From: a virus
Taxonomy: Duplodnaviria > Caudoviricetes
DNA length: 53,108 nt
Reading direction: 5' to 3' (one strand)
IMG/VR virus record: IMGVR_UViG_3300008267_006330
Location: 1 to 53,108 of that record
In this document: positions 36,743 to 46,483 of the stretch, piece by piece
Numbering within the stretch: the stretch's first letter is position 1
How the letters are laid out: every line of letters starts with the position of its first letter
Notes under the pieces: model-generated
Told to the model about the DNA's origin: nothing
The model's input: only the letters and a program-made list of their open reading frames with translations
Databases searched by the model: none
Position numbers and translations under genes: made by a program

Positions 36743-39118
36743 CTAAAATTTAACAGGAGTCGTGACCCCTTGCCCATTGATTATTGTTTTATTTGTTGCG
36801 GCGTTGTTTGGAATCAGCGTCCATGTGTTATCTTTGTTATCTTTTTGTAATTGGAATTGATCATCGTGCCAAAATTTATAATCATCGCCTAGTTGTCTAA
36901 CAGAATTCCTACCAAGATTAGTAGAAATTGATAATGTTGTAAATTCTTTTCCGTTATGCTGCAATGTCAACGGTCCTGCAATTTCTTTTCCTACAGTTGG
37001 AGCAGGTGTTGGTTTAGAAGGCGGGGGTGCAGCATCAGTCTTGGTTTTAGTATCAGTGGAAGAATCTGATGTTCCATATTGCATGCCTCCTAGGCTTTTA
37101 AGATAAGGATTAACATTTCTAGCAAATCCGTCGATAGTAAATCCTTCACGTCTACTGCTGCTATCTTGTGTTTCGGGGAAATTACGATTTACAACTTTTT
37201 TAAATTCATCTTCTAGACCACGATTCATACCCCAGCCCCAAACATTCTTTGGATCTCTACGAGGTATAAAAGTGCTGTCTAAAAATTTACTAATATTTTT
37301 TAATATGCCACTACCATAATAATTATTAATCTGTTCCTCTGATCCTTTATTGATCCAACCCTTTGGCCCAGTTCCTACTCCAAAAAATGGGTACCATTGA
37401 TCGGCAGCAACGGTTTCTTTCCCGCCCATTCCGGTACTATAATAGAATGGTAAATTCATGTTTCCATACTGTACAACTACAGTGTATCTTCCACTGTTGT
37501 CATAGACCCAAACTGGAGTGTTGGTTTTGGGATTGGTAAAAAAAGGAACCAATGTTAGTTTACTTCTAATGTCGGCTATAGACTTATCGTTTGCCGCCAT
37601 ATTATCTTCTAACACACCTTCCGATACATTGTAGGTGGGATCTGTTTTGATCTTACGCATGCCCTGAGGTTGCTGGGGATCCTTGGGATCAATGTCTGTG
37701 ACATCTAGTCCTGTGGCTTCTAGATCTTTGATAAACTTGTGTTCTGTTTCTTCGTCGCCAAAGCTGATGATTGAACTAGGAGGGCCTGAACCAAAGTCAT
37801 GCTTGCCCATGCCCTTCATGTTGGAAATATGCTGACCCAGTTTGTACCAATCGTAGACGTCACTCACATCTACTCGTACTGTGCCTTTGGGCATGGTGGG
37901 TGGTGATTCAGGGCCCAAAGGTGTGTTAAGGTCTCGGTATTTTCCCGGACCCTGCGACGGTTGCGGCATACGGCTTTCACGTAGATTTGCTGACTTCATC
38001 AACAACCCTGGCTCGCCATTGCGGCCAGTGTTCAAGGCCAGTTTGCCGCTTGCACTTTCTTCTAGTGACACATCCTTGAACATCTCAGGATGTTCTTCGG
38101 CCCAGTGGCGCATGATTCGACCAGCCATGGCATTGGCTTGATCTTCCCAACGACTGCCAGTCTCTCCTGCATTGTCAGGCAGGGGATGTTTTTCATTCTG
38201 TCGGCAATGAGTGAGCTCATGGGCCATGGTTCTCAGAATGTCTAACACATGACGTCCACTTGTGGCCAGATGTAGTACGTTGGCATCTGGATCAAATTGA
38301 CCAAAGCTGCCGGTGCTTTCGCTCCAGTCGGTGTTGTTATGCAACACCATTTCAGGAGCATTTTGAATACCTAAAAAATCTATGCAATTGTCGAAAAATT
38401 TTGGTAGAACACTGTCAACATCACTTTCATCCAAGAACATTTTGGTACTAGGATTCACACCATCTGGACTTTCGCTCATGAAACCGTACTGTACTCGCGG
38501 TCGAGGTTGAGCCAGTTCTGCCAGGCTCAGCTCTAGATCTCTTGCGGCATTACGTGCATTCACAAGACGTTTGATATATCCGTTGTTGCGCAACATTTTG
38601 AATGCAAGATTATCAGCACCAAACTCGCCTTGTTGCTCCAGTCCTGACTGACGCATGGCGCGAATCTTTTTCATCAATTCACTCAGGCGTTCATAATTGC
38701 CTGTGGCAATGGTGGCATCAATACGTGCCACCAAGTCTTCGTACTTGCTACGAGTACTGATATCGTCTATGTTGGCTTTCTTGCGCCGGGGCACACTGAC
38801 CCAGGCATTGCGTAACAAACTGTAAATGCCTTGTGAGTGATGTTCTTGATTGGGATTTTGTACATACAACTCAACGTGCAGGTCAATGTCTGAATTTGGG
38901 GTGTAGTTGTATGCGGCGTTGCTACCAGAGATTGTGATGTCTTTTATATCAAGATCTGGGACGCCTAAAAACTCCTGAAAATCTCGAGCAATTTCCATGA
39001 GTTTGGCATGCACTTGGGGGTGCAGGTGTTCGCTACGATCCCATAACCGGTGGTTCAACCGGTCATGGAATTTCACAGCGTCAGCAAGATTGTAAGAGTC
39101 CAGTTCAAGAATATTCAT
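36743..39118 (-). CDS. modular polyprotein: Pol-beta nucleotidyltransferase, zincin metallopeptidase-like module, unknown modules, truncated FHA-like domain
   Basis: SGSNAAYNYTPNSDIDLH; AHELTH; LGR...NKTIING; TAAATA upstream. Confidence 0.7.
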   Translation of the reverse strand: MNILELDSYNLADAVKFHDRLNHRLWDRSEHLHPQVHAKLMEIARDFQEFLGVPDLDIKDITISGSNAAYNYTPNSDIDLHVELYVQNPNQEHHSQGIYSLLRNAWVSVPRRKKANIDDISTRSKYEDLVARIDATIATGNYERLSELMKKIRAMRQSGLEQQGEFGADNLAFKMLRNNGYIKRLVNARNAARDLELSLAELAQPRPRVQYGFMSESPDGVNPSTKMFLDESDVDSVLPKFFDNCIDFLGIQNAPEMVLHNNTDWSESTGSFGQFDPDANVLHLATSGRHVLDILRTMAHELTHCRQNEKHPLPDNAGETGSRWEDQANAMAGRIMRHWAEEHPEMFKDVSLEESASGKLALNTGRNGEPGLLMKSANLRESRMPQPSQGPGKYRDLNTPLGPESPPTMPKGTVRVDVSDVYDWYKLGQHISNMKGMGKHDFGSGPPSSIISFGDEETEHKFIKDLEATGLDVTDIDPKDPQQPQGMRKIKTDPTYNVSEGVLEDNMAANDKSIADIRSKLTLVPFFTNPKTNTPVWVYDNSGRYTVVVQYGNMNLPFYYSTGMGGKETVAADQWYPFFGVGTGPKGWINKGSEEQINNYYGSGILKNISKFLDSTFIPRRDPKNVWGWGMNRGLEDEFKKVVNRNFPETQDSSSRREGFTIDGFARNVNPYLKSLGGMQYGTSDSSTDTKTKTDAAPPPSKPTPAPTVGKEIAGPLTLQHNGKEFTTLSISTNLGRNSVRQLGDDYKFWHDDQFQLQKDNKDNTWTLIPNNAATNKTIINGQGVTTPVKF

Positions 39119-39137
39119 AATGAACTGTTATTTACCG

Positions 39138-40055
39138 TTATTTGCTGTTGGCCACTTTCTTAGATTTTTTACTACTGGCCACCACTTCGGCCACGGGTTC
39201 TGCTTGTAACACTTCTGCAGGCACATCGTGTCCGCCTTGTGGTGCCATTGGAACTGCGGTGTTGGTAGGAGGATTGATCAGGGTTGCAAAGTCTTGCATG
39301 AGTTTTTCTTGTGCATCGTGTGCAAATGTATATGTGCCTGTGTGGCGTAGCAACACACGTTTGTCCACCCATACTTGACCGCCAATATCGCGCCAGTTTT
39401 CACAGAATGTCCAGTCTTCTGAGTAGTAGCGACCTTCTCGAACAGCAGTGTCAAAGTAGGTTTTCATGTAGGGATCCAGCGCAGGGTCTAGACCAATGTC
39501 GTTCTTGAAGGGCTTGGTAGCAGGGTGTGCATCAAGTTTTTCAAACACGTCACGTTTGATCAACATAAAGCCTGTGCCTGTTTTTGATACTTCAATCAAG
39601 TTGTCTTCGGGACCTGGCTCAGGTTGTCCGGGAATGCCGTTCACACACCACTTGATGGGCAGGCTTTTCATGGGATACAAACCACCGATAACGTCTTTTT
39701 GTGCATCCAACATTACCAACAGGTGCCAGGGTTCCCAGCCAATGTCAGCGTCGATAAACATCAAGTGGGTTGATTCTTTTGTGTGCAAAAACTTAGCAGT
39801 TAATGTATTTCTAGCACGGCTAATCAAACTTTCGTTGGTCATGGTTTCCACAGTCCAGTCCAAGCCCAATTGGCGAGCTGTGTTGGCCCACTTGATATAG
39901 CTCATGAAAGTGGATTCTGTAAGCTGACCACCATAGCAGGGCATGCACATGTGGACTCGAGTGGTTTTCAAATAGTCAAGGTTCACTTGAATATTCATTT
40001 GACCTGTTTGTGCAGGATTGCTTGGGGCGGTTGTTGAGGGTTGGGCGTCAGCCAT
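39138..40055 (-). CDS. GT-A fold glycosyltransferase-like protein
   Basis: MPCYGG, SLISRARN, HLMFIDADIGW, GTGFML, SEDWTFC. Confidence 0.75.
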   Translation of the reverse strand: MADAQPSTTAPSNPAQTGQMNIQVNLDYLKTTRVHMCMPCYGGQLTESTFMSYIKWANTARQLGLDWTVETMTNESLISRARNTLTAKFLHTKESTHLMFIDADIGWEPWHLLVMLDAQKDVIGGLYPMKSLPIKWCVNGIPGQPEPGPEDNLIEVSKTGTGFMLIKRDVFEKLDAHPATKPFKNDIGLDPALDPYMKTYFDTAVREGRYYSEDWTFCENWRDIGGQVWVDKRVLLRHTGTYTFAHDAQEKLMQDFATLINPPTNTAVPMAPQGGHDVPAEVLQAEPVAEVVASSKKSKKVANSK

Positions 40056-40118
40056 GTTTACTCCATAAAAGTTGTGTATTATTTACAGAGTATAACATGC
40101 CCGGAAATTTTTTCCTAG

Positions 40119-40697
40119 CTATTTGATGCCAATAATCATGAATCTTGTGTACTCGGTTTCGGGATCTTCCAGTGCCAACTCGCCTGAATAAAGCACTTGA
40201 TCAAATGGAAATTTTTGTTCAATATCCTCGGGGCCTGTGAATTGTTCGCCGGGATCATGGTCTCGTGCTTGTAGCACCACCAAGGTGCCTGTGGGTATGT
40301 TCTTGAACCAGTCTCGACCCGGCATGTCAGTAAGGCTGGTGTTGACCACCACACCATTTGAGCCCAGCTGTCTGTAGTCTATGTCGTTGGCATCTGCCTG
40401 CATGTACTCAACATTGCGGGCACCTGCTTGATCCAGCAAACTTTTGCCTGTGTTTAAAAATTCACGGTCTGTTTCTACGTTGATAATTTTGTCAACTTTG
40501 ACCTGTTGGTAACGATCAACAAACAGTGCAAGATTGCAATACCATGCACCCAAGATATACATGGTGCTGATCTGCGATTGTATTTTTGCTAGTTCTTGCA
40601 GGAGCCAAAGTTTGCTGAACACAAGATCTTTAGTGAAACTGCCTTCAAGACTGTATCCAGAGCTTTCTTCAAGACTGTACAGTTCGTCAACAATCAT
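40119..40697 (-). CDS. class I SAM methyltransferase-like protein
   Basis: YILGAWY glycine loop, NVETD, QADAN, VVNTS; N-terminal MIVDELYSLEE leader. Confidence 0.6.
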   Translation of the reverse strand: MIVDELYSLEESSGYSLEGSFTKDLVFSKLWLLQELAKIQSQISTMYILGAWYCNLALFVDRYQQVKVDKIINVETDREFLNTGKSLLDQAGARNVEYMQADANDIDYRQLGSNGVVVNTSLTDMPGRDWFKNIPTGTLVVLQARDHDPGEQFTGPEDIEQKFPFDQVLYSGELALEDPETEYTRFMIIGIK

Positions 40698-41473
40698 TTT
40701 TTGCGCCCGGCGCAGTGAGCACGTTGACTAAACCCTCGGGGGTTGGCACAGTTGATTGAGCTTTTGTACTTCTGGCTCCACTTTTCGTCTATGTAGTCTT
40801 CGTCAATGGGTTGATTTTCACGCTGTTGATAGCTGGCTGTCATGCCGCCCACAAAGTTTTGAGCATCCATTTCCGCTACACCTTGCTCACTGCCTATGGC
40901 TGTGTCCAACATTGCAACAACATTAGCAGCCAGTTTGGGATTGCGTTGCGTATCTGGGTACAAACTCATGACCAGGGCTGTTTTGCGCTTGTCATTTAGT
41001 GTGGGCCAGGCTGTGCGAATCTCTGTGGCACTTGTCATACCAGGGCCAAACTCCACAGTGGGCAAATAGGCCATGTAGGCATGTTTGCTAAATGGTGCAA
41101 TATTTGTTTGACCTGCCAGGGGTTGCAGGTATGCTGGTGATCCGTCTTTTTTGTTGCCACCGGCTTGTGGTGGTTTGTTGGCGTCTTTTTCTGACCGCAC
41201 AAAGATCAATCTGTCTCGAGCAGGGTCAAACTGTGCGGTAATTTCTTCTGCACGAAATGGTGATTTAACTTGTACAAAATGTCCGGGTGCTACACCGGCT
41301 AGTTTGGCCAGCTTTTCTTTGATTGCAAAGGGAAAAGGTCTGTTTGAAGTATCGTTGGTTGCGGCCACAAACACTTCAGCACCAGGAAATGCTTTTACTG
41401 CTGATTGATAAAGGGCTGCGTGGCCTGCATGGAATGGGTGGAATCCACCAGGCATGATAACGATTGTACTCAT
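40694..41473 (-). CDS. HxGH-family nucleotidyltransferase-like protein with a Cys-containing C-terminal peptide
   Basis: PGGFHPFHAGH, SATEIR; tail after GVAE/IDE sites; ATG 6 nt after TAAATA. Confidence 0.7.
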   Translation of the reverse strand: MSTIVIMPGGFHPFHAGHAALYQSAVKAFPGAEVFVAATNDTSNRPFPFAIKEKLAKLAGVAPGHFVQVKSPFRAEEITAQFDPARDRLIFVRSEKDANKPPQAGGNKKDGSPAYLQPLAGQTNIAPFSKHAYMAYLPTVEFGPGMTSATEIRTAWPTLNDKRKTALVMSLYPDTQRNPKLAANVVAMLDTAIGSEQGVAEMDAQNFVGGMTASYQQRENQPIDEDYIDEKWSQKYKSSINCANPRGFSQRAHCAGRKK

Positions 41474-41488
41474 AATGAGTATTTAGCG

Positions 41489-41929
41489 TTACATGTTCTC
41501 TAGGAGCCAGAGGTAAACAGGGGTGGTAAATTTCAAAGTCACAGTGCCATTACAGCCCATATGGCCATAAAACTTGTCATTTATTGGCGCCTGGGAACCA
41601 TTAAAGTCGTGATTATACATCGCTACAGATTGCACAATTTGATCTAGATCAATGCCATCCAACGTGATATTGCTAATTTCAAACAATGCATCAGATACAA
41701 TTTCTCCAGTTTCAGTAATCTTGGTATGCTCGGGAAGTTTACCAAACAATTCAAAAGTCAGCTCATGTTCGCCGTCGGCATCGGATATTTCGTGGTTGAG
41801 TTGCACAGTTTCAGTCACATGTGCATTTTCAAATATAGTTACCTGGTCAAACACAACACGTAGTCCCAGTGCTATGGTGTTGTTTGTGGGTTGTATCTGG
41901 CAGGCAAATGAGATATTTTCTGTAGTCAT
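41489..41929 (-). CDS. hypothetical protein
   Basis: 146 aa beta-rich ORF. Confidence 0.65.
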   Translation of the reverse strand: MTTENISFACQIQPTNNTIALGLRVVFDQVTIFENAHVTETVQLNHEISDADGEHELTFELFGKLPEHTKITETGEIVSDALFEISNITLDGIDLDQIVQSVAMYNHDFNGSQAPINDKFYGHMGCNGTVTLKFTTPVYLWLLENM

Positions 41930-41939
41930 TTTCTACTTG

Positions 41940-42302
41940 TCAATAGGTAATGGTTATGGTATTGATTGTGCCGCCTGAAAATCCTTCCACCCGCACACGC
42001 ATCCAGGTGAAGTTTCCGGTAATACTAGCTGGATGATAATCTGTCAGCGGAGTAGTAGAGCCGTCGCCGTATACAAAAGTGTCAAACCAACCTGCGGTTT
42101 CGGGATCCAGATCTAGTGTGGCTTCCAGAGTCAACACACCTTCAAAGCCCGACACTGAAAACAACACTGTTTGAACCGATCCTTGCCCACGATAGTAGGC
42201 AGCGGCCTGTACAGCATCACTCAGCCAGTCTTGACTTGACCCGTCATAGTTGCCAGAAGGCACACCATATTCAGTTGTGCCAAGAATGGTTTCTGTTGTC
42301 AT
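41940..42302 (-). CDS. hypothetical beta-rich protein, possibly structural
   Basis: 120 aa Gly/Thr/Ser-rich; late-promoter operon. Confidence 0.6.
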   Translation of the reverse strand: MTTETILGTTEYGVPSGNYDGSSQDWLSDAVQAAAYYRGQGSVQTVLFSVSGFEGVLTLEATLDLDPETAGWFDTFVYGDGSTTPLTDYHPASITGNFTWMRVRVEGFSGGTINTITITY

Positions 42303-42466
42303 TACGCTCGTTCCGCTTCTACCACAACACCAGTGCCGGCCAGCTCTTCAGCAACTGATTGCAGGGCTGCAACAATGTCGTCCGTGGCAATTTCGGTGCC
42401 AGCGTCAGAATCTTTGACCAATTTTGATAGTTTGATCACAACTATTTCTTCGTGTATTTTTGCCAT
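42302..42466 (-). CDS. small hypothetical protein (54 aa, absent from the ORF track)
   Basis: MAKIHEEIVVIKLSKLVKD...VEAERA*; ATG 7 nt after TAAATA; TAATG coupling to next gene. Confidence 0.7.
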   Translation of the reverse strand: MAKIHEEIVVIKLSKLVKDSDAGTEIATDDIVAALQSVAEELAGTGVVVEAERA

Positions 42467-42472
42467 GGTCAA

Positions 42473-43123
42473 TTATTTAGCACGAGCTATAATGGGCAGG
42501 GTCTTTCTGACTACACCGGGCACAGCCATGCTGATCAAGAAATCGGCATTGGGTTCGTTGTGGTCCACAAAATAGTTGCTCATCAACCACATTCTACTGC
42601 CTTTTACTAATTTGGCAAAACCCGGGCCTTGTCTAAACATATCAGGCCTGGCGGCAAAATAGCGCCGTAGGGTCGACATGTCGTCGTTTGAAAGCCAGCG
42701 TTCCTTAAAGTATGTTCTAAATGCATGCCGTGGATTTTTCAATGTTACAGCGTCTGGATTCATGTTTACCAGGGCTTGATTTACGTACATAATCTCGCCT
42801 GTAGGTATGGTGTTTATGTCTTGAAAATCTTCAGGACTGTTGGTGTACAGCCATATGCCGTTGCCACACACTACTTTCTTGTAAGGATGTGCTCGGGCCA
42901 ACAAATAATCGCAGGCATGATGCAATGTTTTTTCAACTTCGGGGGTGATGTGTCTTGCACCACCACGGCGAGCAATCCATTCGTTTCTGTAGCGAATACC
43001 TTGATTGATACGCTCATGTTTGAGCTCGCGCAGGAAACTAGCCTCAGGCAGAAGAAACAAGATCACATACTGCCACTTGTGAAAGTACAAAGTACTACGT
43101 GGCACTAAAACAGATTTATACAT
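42473..43123 (-). CDS. hypothetical protein
   Basis: Likely start MYKSV overlapping the clpA stop. Confidence 0.6.
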   Translation of the reverse strand: MYKSVLVPRSTLYFHKWQYVILFLLPEASFLRELKHERINQGIRYRNEWIARRGGARHITPEVEKTLHHACDYLLARAHPYKKVVCGNGIWLYTNSPEDFQDINTIPTGEIMYVNQALVNMNPDAVTLKNPRHAFRTYFKERWLSNDDMSTLRRYFAARPDMFRQGPGFAKLVKGSRMWLMSNYFVDHNEPNADFLISMAVPGVVRKTLPIIARAK

Positions 43124-45351
43124 CTGGGAATCTGATAATGCCATCATCTGCTACTACAGGTACCACTCGTTTTACAACATCAAACACAACTTTATCGTCT
43201 GCCAAGTCTGCTGTGATGTCACATTCGGCCAGTCGATCAAACAAGATCTTCTTACTCAGTGGTACACGAATCAGTTCATCAATCTTACGTGCAAGTGGCC
43301 GCGCACCCATCTTGCTATCATAGCCCCGGTCAGCCAGCATGTCAACAACCGATTCGGATAAATTGAGGTGTATACCTTTGGTTAGTAGACTTGTCTTGAG
43401 TTCATCAACAAACTTAACAACGACTTTCTTGATCGCCAAAGTATCCAACTTGGTGAATTTAACAATTTGATCGATACGGTTGCGTAGTTCGGGCTTGAAA
43501 AATTCCTTGACAGCTTTGTCGTCCTCACCAGTCTTTTCAAAGTTGCCAAAGCCAATGTTATTTGCTTCACTGTCACGTGCTCCTAGGTTGGATGTCATGA
43601 TGATGATACAGTTTTTGCAGTTGGCTTTTTTACCATTGCTACTGGTAATGACACCTTCGTCCAGCATTTGAAGCAGGATGTTGGTGACGTCGGGGTGAGC
43701 CTTCTCTATCTCATCAAACAAGATCACACTGAACGGATTCTTGCTGAGATCGGAGATTAGTTTGCCACCGCCCACGTTGCCATCTTCAAAGCCCACATAG
43801 CCCGGGGGAGCGCCAATCAAACTGCTGACACTGTGACGCTCTTGATATTCACTCATGTCATACTTGAGCAGTTTCATATCCAAGTTGTCACTCAGCAGTC
43901 TAGCCAGTTCTGTTTTACCTGTGCCAGTGGGCCCCAGGAACAAGAAGCTGGCCATGGGACGTTTGTCATTGGCAATGCCGGCAAAGTTGATGTACACACG
44001 TTCCAATACTGAGTCCACTGCTGAATCTTGGCCATACAACTTCTGCTTGATGTTGCCTTCCAGTTCCACAATCTTTGTGCTACGCTCGTTTTGCAGTTTG
44101 TCTGCAGGTACACCTGTTACTCGTGCCAGTTGTTCTTCGATCATGGCCTTGGTAATGGTCACGTTACCTAGATCCTTCACACGCTCTCTAGCACAGGCCG
44201 CATCAATCAAGTCAATGCTCTTGTCGGGATTCTTGCGATCGTGTATGTAACGATTGGCCAGTTCCACTGCGGCAGTCATGGCTTCAGTATCAATCATCAC
44301 ATTGTGAAACTGTTCCAGGCGTGGTGAGAGTCCGATTAGAATCTGTTCAGTGGTGTTCGCATCCGGTTCGTCTATCGACAACCTGTAGAAGCGGCGCATT
44401 AACGCACGATCCTTTTCGAAACTCTCGTAATATTCTTCCCATGGTAATAGCGGGTTTCAGCATGTTAGCAAAGTCCAAACTGCTTTGCGAACCTGCGCCA
44501 GCACCCTTCATGGTGTGTGCTTCGTCCACAAACAAGATACAGTTCTTCTTGGCTTCCAGGGCTGCAATCACTGCCTTGAACTTTTCTTCAAACTCGCCAC
44601 GGTACTTGCTTCCTGCCAGCAAGTCGCCCACTTCTAGACTCCATACTTCTGAGCCCTTGATAAATTCGGGCACACGGCCTGCATGAATCTCTTGTGCTAA
44701 GCCTTCAATGATGGCAGTTTTGCCCACACCAGGGTCGCCCACCATGAGCACGTTGGCTTTGAAACGGCGTGCCAACACAGTGATCATTTCATGCAGTTCT
44801 TCTGAACGACCAATTAGTGGCTCAAGGCGATTGTTTTGAGCCATCAGCGTGAGATTGGTACAGTACTCTGTAAGGATCTCATTGGCTTGATCTTGACTCA
44901 TTGAGCTTTCACTTGCTGACGCTGACTTGTAGTGCTTTTGCCAGTGTTCCACAAACTCTTGTTTTTTTACACCGTACTTGAGCAAGAAGTAGTGTGCATG
45001 ACTGTTGCCTTCGCTCATGATACTCAAGTAGATATCAATGGTGCTCATGGCACGACGTCCCGTGAACATGACTTGTACGTTGGCACGATTGAACAAGCGT
45101 TCCAGTGCTGTGGTTTTACGAGGTGGTGTGTCTGGAATTTTACCAACCAGTCCAGTTTGACTCACTAGATAGTGTTCTACTTCTTGTTCCATCTTGTCAA
45201 CATCTGCCCCAAAACTTGTGAGAGTTTTTCTAAATGGGGGGTGTCGTACCATGGCCAACAACAAGTGTTCTGTGACCACGTACTCGTGCGTGAGATTGGA
45301 GGCAATCTTAACTGCTTGCTCCACAATGCCGGCGATTTCAGGATTGTTCAT
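43116..45351 (-). pseudogene. clpA: ClpA-like AAA+ chaperone, frameshifted near 44443
   Basis: Clp-N EHLLLA; Walker A GDPGVGKT, FVDEAH; second NBD GPTGTGKTE, GAPPGYVG, FDEIEKAHP, GARPL; segment between MLKPAIT and WEEYYESFEKD missing. Confidence 0.9.
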
Positions 45352-45378
45352 GTGAGTTGATTATAGTAAGGATAGTGT

Positions 45379-45407
45379 ATTATAGTACTTAATCCGGATT
45401 TGATCAA
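45379..45407 (-). promoter_or_regulatory. sigma70-type promoter for clpA
   Basis: TTGATC-17-TATAAT; palindrome AATCCGGATT in spacer; second TACTATAAT copy at 45360-45368. Confidence 0.5.
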
Positions 45408-45421
45408 GCATTCTGATAATA

Positions 45422-46201
45422 TTATGAATGAGTTTGGATGGCTGTGATGATTTCGGGTGCAATTGTCTTGGGAATTTCAGTTTGTATCTGCACCATAAGA
45501 TCGCCCTTTTGCCCCGACTGATCTCCCAGGCCTTGTGATCTCAGTCGCAATGTGGTTCCAGGTTGAGTATGTGGTGCAACCTTTACTACCAAGCGATTGC
45601 CCTCTACAGTTTGCACTTCAGTCTCACCGCCTAGGATCAAAGTCCATATAGATACTTTGTGTGTGGTTGCAAGATTGAGTCCTTGTCGTTGAAAGTTAGC
45701 ATGTGGTTGTATTCTGAATTGGATCACCAGATCCTGACCTCCGGGTGCAATGCCAGGATACTGCACATTATCACCATCATTGATGCCCTGAGGTATTTCA
45801 ATTTCAACTGTGCTGGTTCCGGCCTGTGTGCCCAGGGCTACAGGACGTCGGCCACCACGAGCCACATCCAACAGTGTGATCCAAAGACTCATGCGCACAT
45901 GATTACGGCGCGGCTGTTGGCCAAATGGCGATTGCCCGCCAAACATCTGACTAAAGATGTCGTGCATGTTGCCAAACTGTGCTCCGGGACCAAATCCTTG
46001 GAACTGCGGAGCAGGATTGTCGTAGGCCTGACGTTTGGCTTCGTCACCTAGTGTGTCATAAGCAGCTTGTATCTCTTGAAATTTCTTTGTATCCCCACCT
46101 TTGTCAGGATGATGCTGGCTGGCCAGCCGGCGGAAAGCACGTTTGATTTCATCCTGTGTAGCTGTTTTTGCAACACCCAAGGTTGCATAGTGATCGGTCA
46201 T
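45422..46201 (-). CDS. DnaJ/CbpA-type J-domain co-chaperone without zinc finger
   Basis: HHPDKGG J-domain, G/F region, DnaJ C-terminal domain. Confidence 0.9.
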   Translation of the reverse strand: MTDHYATLGVAKTATQDEIKRAFRRLASQHHPDKGGDTKKFQEIQAAYDTLGDEAKRQAYDNPAPQFQGFGPGAQFGNMHDIFSQMFGGQSPFGQQPRRNHVRMSLWITLLDVARGGRRPVALGTQAGTSTVEIEIPQGINDGDNVQYPGIAPGGQDLVIQFRIQPHANFQRQGLNLATTHKVSIWTLILGGETEVQTVEGNRLVVKVAPHTQPGTTLRLRSQGLGDQSGQKGDLMVQIQTEIPKTIAPEIITAIQTHS

Positions 46202-46238
46202 AAAAAAGGCCCTGTATGTTTAATTATACAAGGCCTTT
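46202..46238 (-). terminator. intrinsic terminator overlapping the dnaJ promoter
   Basis: GGCCUUGUAU-8 nt loop-AUACAGGGCC followed by U6. Confidence 0.65.
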
Positions 46239-46251
46239 GTGGTTGTGTCAA
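46223..46251 (-). promoter_or_regulatory. perfect consensus sigma70 promoter
   Basis: TTGACA-17 nt-TATAAT. Confidence 0.85.
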
Positions 46252-46254
46252 AAC

Positions 46255-46479
46255 TTATTTCTTTTTGGGCTCAGGAACTTTTTCAGCTCCTTCCAGTTTC
46301 TTGTGTTGCTTGACTTCTTTACAGTTCTGTTTGACTTTTTTAGTTTTGGGATCAATTACGCCCTTGCCTTCTTTGTCTTTAACATCGACACAGACTCGTT
46401 TGGTTTCTTTCTTGGGCTCTTCAGCAATGACAAATTGACTACCTAGGGCCAAGGTTAATGCAATTAATAAGTGTTTCAT
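46255..46479 (-). CDS. small secreted Lys-rich protein with two Cys
   Basis: Signal peptide MKHLLIALTLALGSQFVIA; downstream of holin. Confidence 0.65.
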   Translation of the reverse strand: MKHLLIALTLALGSQFVIAEEPKKETKRVCVDVKDKEGKGVIDPKTKKVKQNCKEVKQHKKLEGAEKVPEPKKK

Positions 46480-46483
46480 GATT

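Noticed and set aside
4417-45351. Stop-codon reassignment or programmed frameshifting as a general cause of the split genes
   Set aside because: Breaks are frame changes with loss of conserved residues, not in-frame stops, and share no slippery sequence; long genes read normally in the standard code
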